From an uncultured Hormoscilla sp. (lineage in GTDB: Bacteria; Cyanobacteriota; Cyanobacteriia; Cyanobacteriales; Desertifilaceae), in contig OZ001293.3 in the NCBI GenBank assembly GCA_963921275.4, forward strand, positions 1,600,001 to 1,664,000: a stretch of 64,000 bases of DNA. The letters are read 5' to 3'. A model generated the notes under the pieces. That model saw only the letters and a program-made list of their open reading frames with translations, had not been told where the DNA came from and ran no database searches. Every line of letters starts with the position of its first letter. The first letter of the stretch is position 1. Made by a program: the position numbers and the translations under genes. This document shows positions 63,654-64,000 of the stretch, in pieces.

Positions 63654-63908
63654 TGCCTGTGAGTTTAACGGAGTTTAAAAATTAATAAACAGGTAGGAAT
63701 TATGATTGCCTAAAACCTCAACTATATTCTGGGACTTGTGGTAGACTTTATAGTCAACCCCCATCCTCTGACAAGCTTTAATCAAGGCTTTGAGATTTGT
63801 GTTCATGAGCATAAGCGAGCGCTCGTCACTGTGGTCACTGTGTACTGTCTACTGTCCACTGCTGAGCGATCGCCGATCGCTGGTCACTGTTCACTGGTAA
63901 CTGTTAAA

Positions 63909-63981
63909 CGAGCACGGAGGGATTTGAACCCCCGGCACCCAGAACCGGAATCTGGTGCTCTATCCACTGAGCTACGTGCCC
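63909..63981 (-). tRNA. trnR: tRNA-Arg (CCG)
   Basis: GGGCACGTAGCTCAGTGGATAGAGCACCAGA-TTCCGGT-TCTGG..GGTTCAAATCC..CGTGCTCG. Confidence 0.96.
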
Positions 63982-64000
63982 TGATATTTTCCTACTATAG

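Overview
This is chromosomal DNA from a filamentous cyanobacterium. HIP1 octamers (GCGATCGC) are very frequent, and the window carries kaiABC, a hetZ/patU-like pair, sds, an AMIN amidase, pntAB and two tRNAs. Genome erosion is strong: murI has an internal deletion, menD and a ThiF gene are truncated, and darG, a glycerate kinase, a WD40 gene, PIN and DUF433 TA genes, two Uma2 paralogs and an ATP-grasp gene carry stops or frameshifts. Mobile DNA includes two group II introns (one internally deleted, one ORF-less and apparently intact), IS982, ISKra4, ISL3 and IS4 remnants, several MITE families and many REP/SDR-type palindromes. Four things remain least explained. (1) A roughly 290-nt, end-paired, multi-stem non-coding segment behind an extended -10 promoter at 18.3-18.6 kb; it may be the RNA of a decayed 'ncRNA + uncharacterised protein + ThiF/E1' system. 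(2) Two copies of a composite 22-bp-period satellite at 28.4-29.1 kb and 56.0-57.0 kb, one next to an HU-like/Ig-domain gene. (3) A family of small nested hairpins with different arms but shared CGAT..ATCG ends and/or a GCACTAC loop motif, one of them inside catalytic domain V of an intron. (4) An intact-looking darT toxin beside a nonsense-disrupted darG antitoxin. All calls come from reading the sequence by eye; no searches were run.
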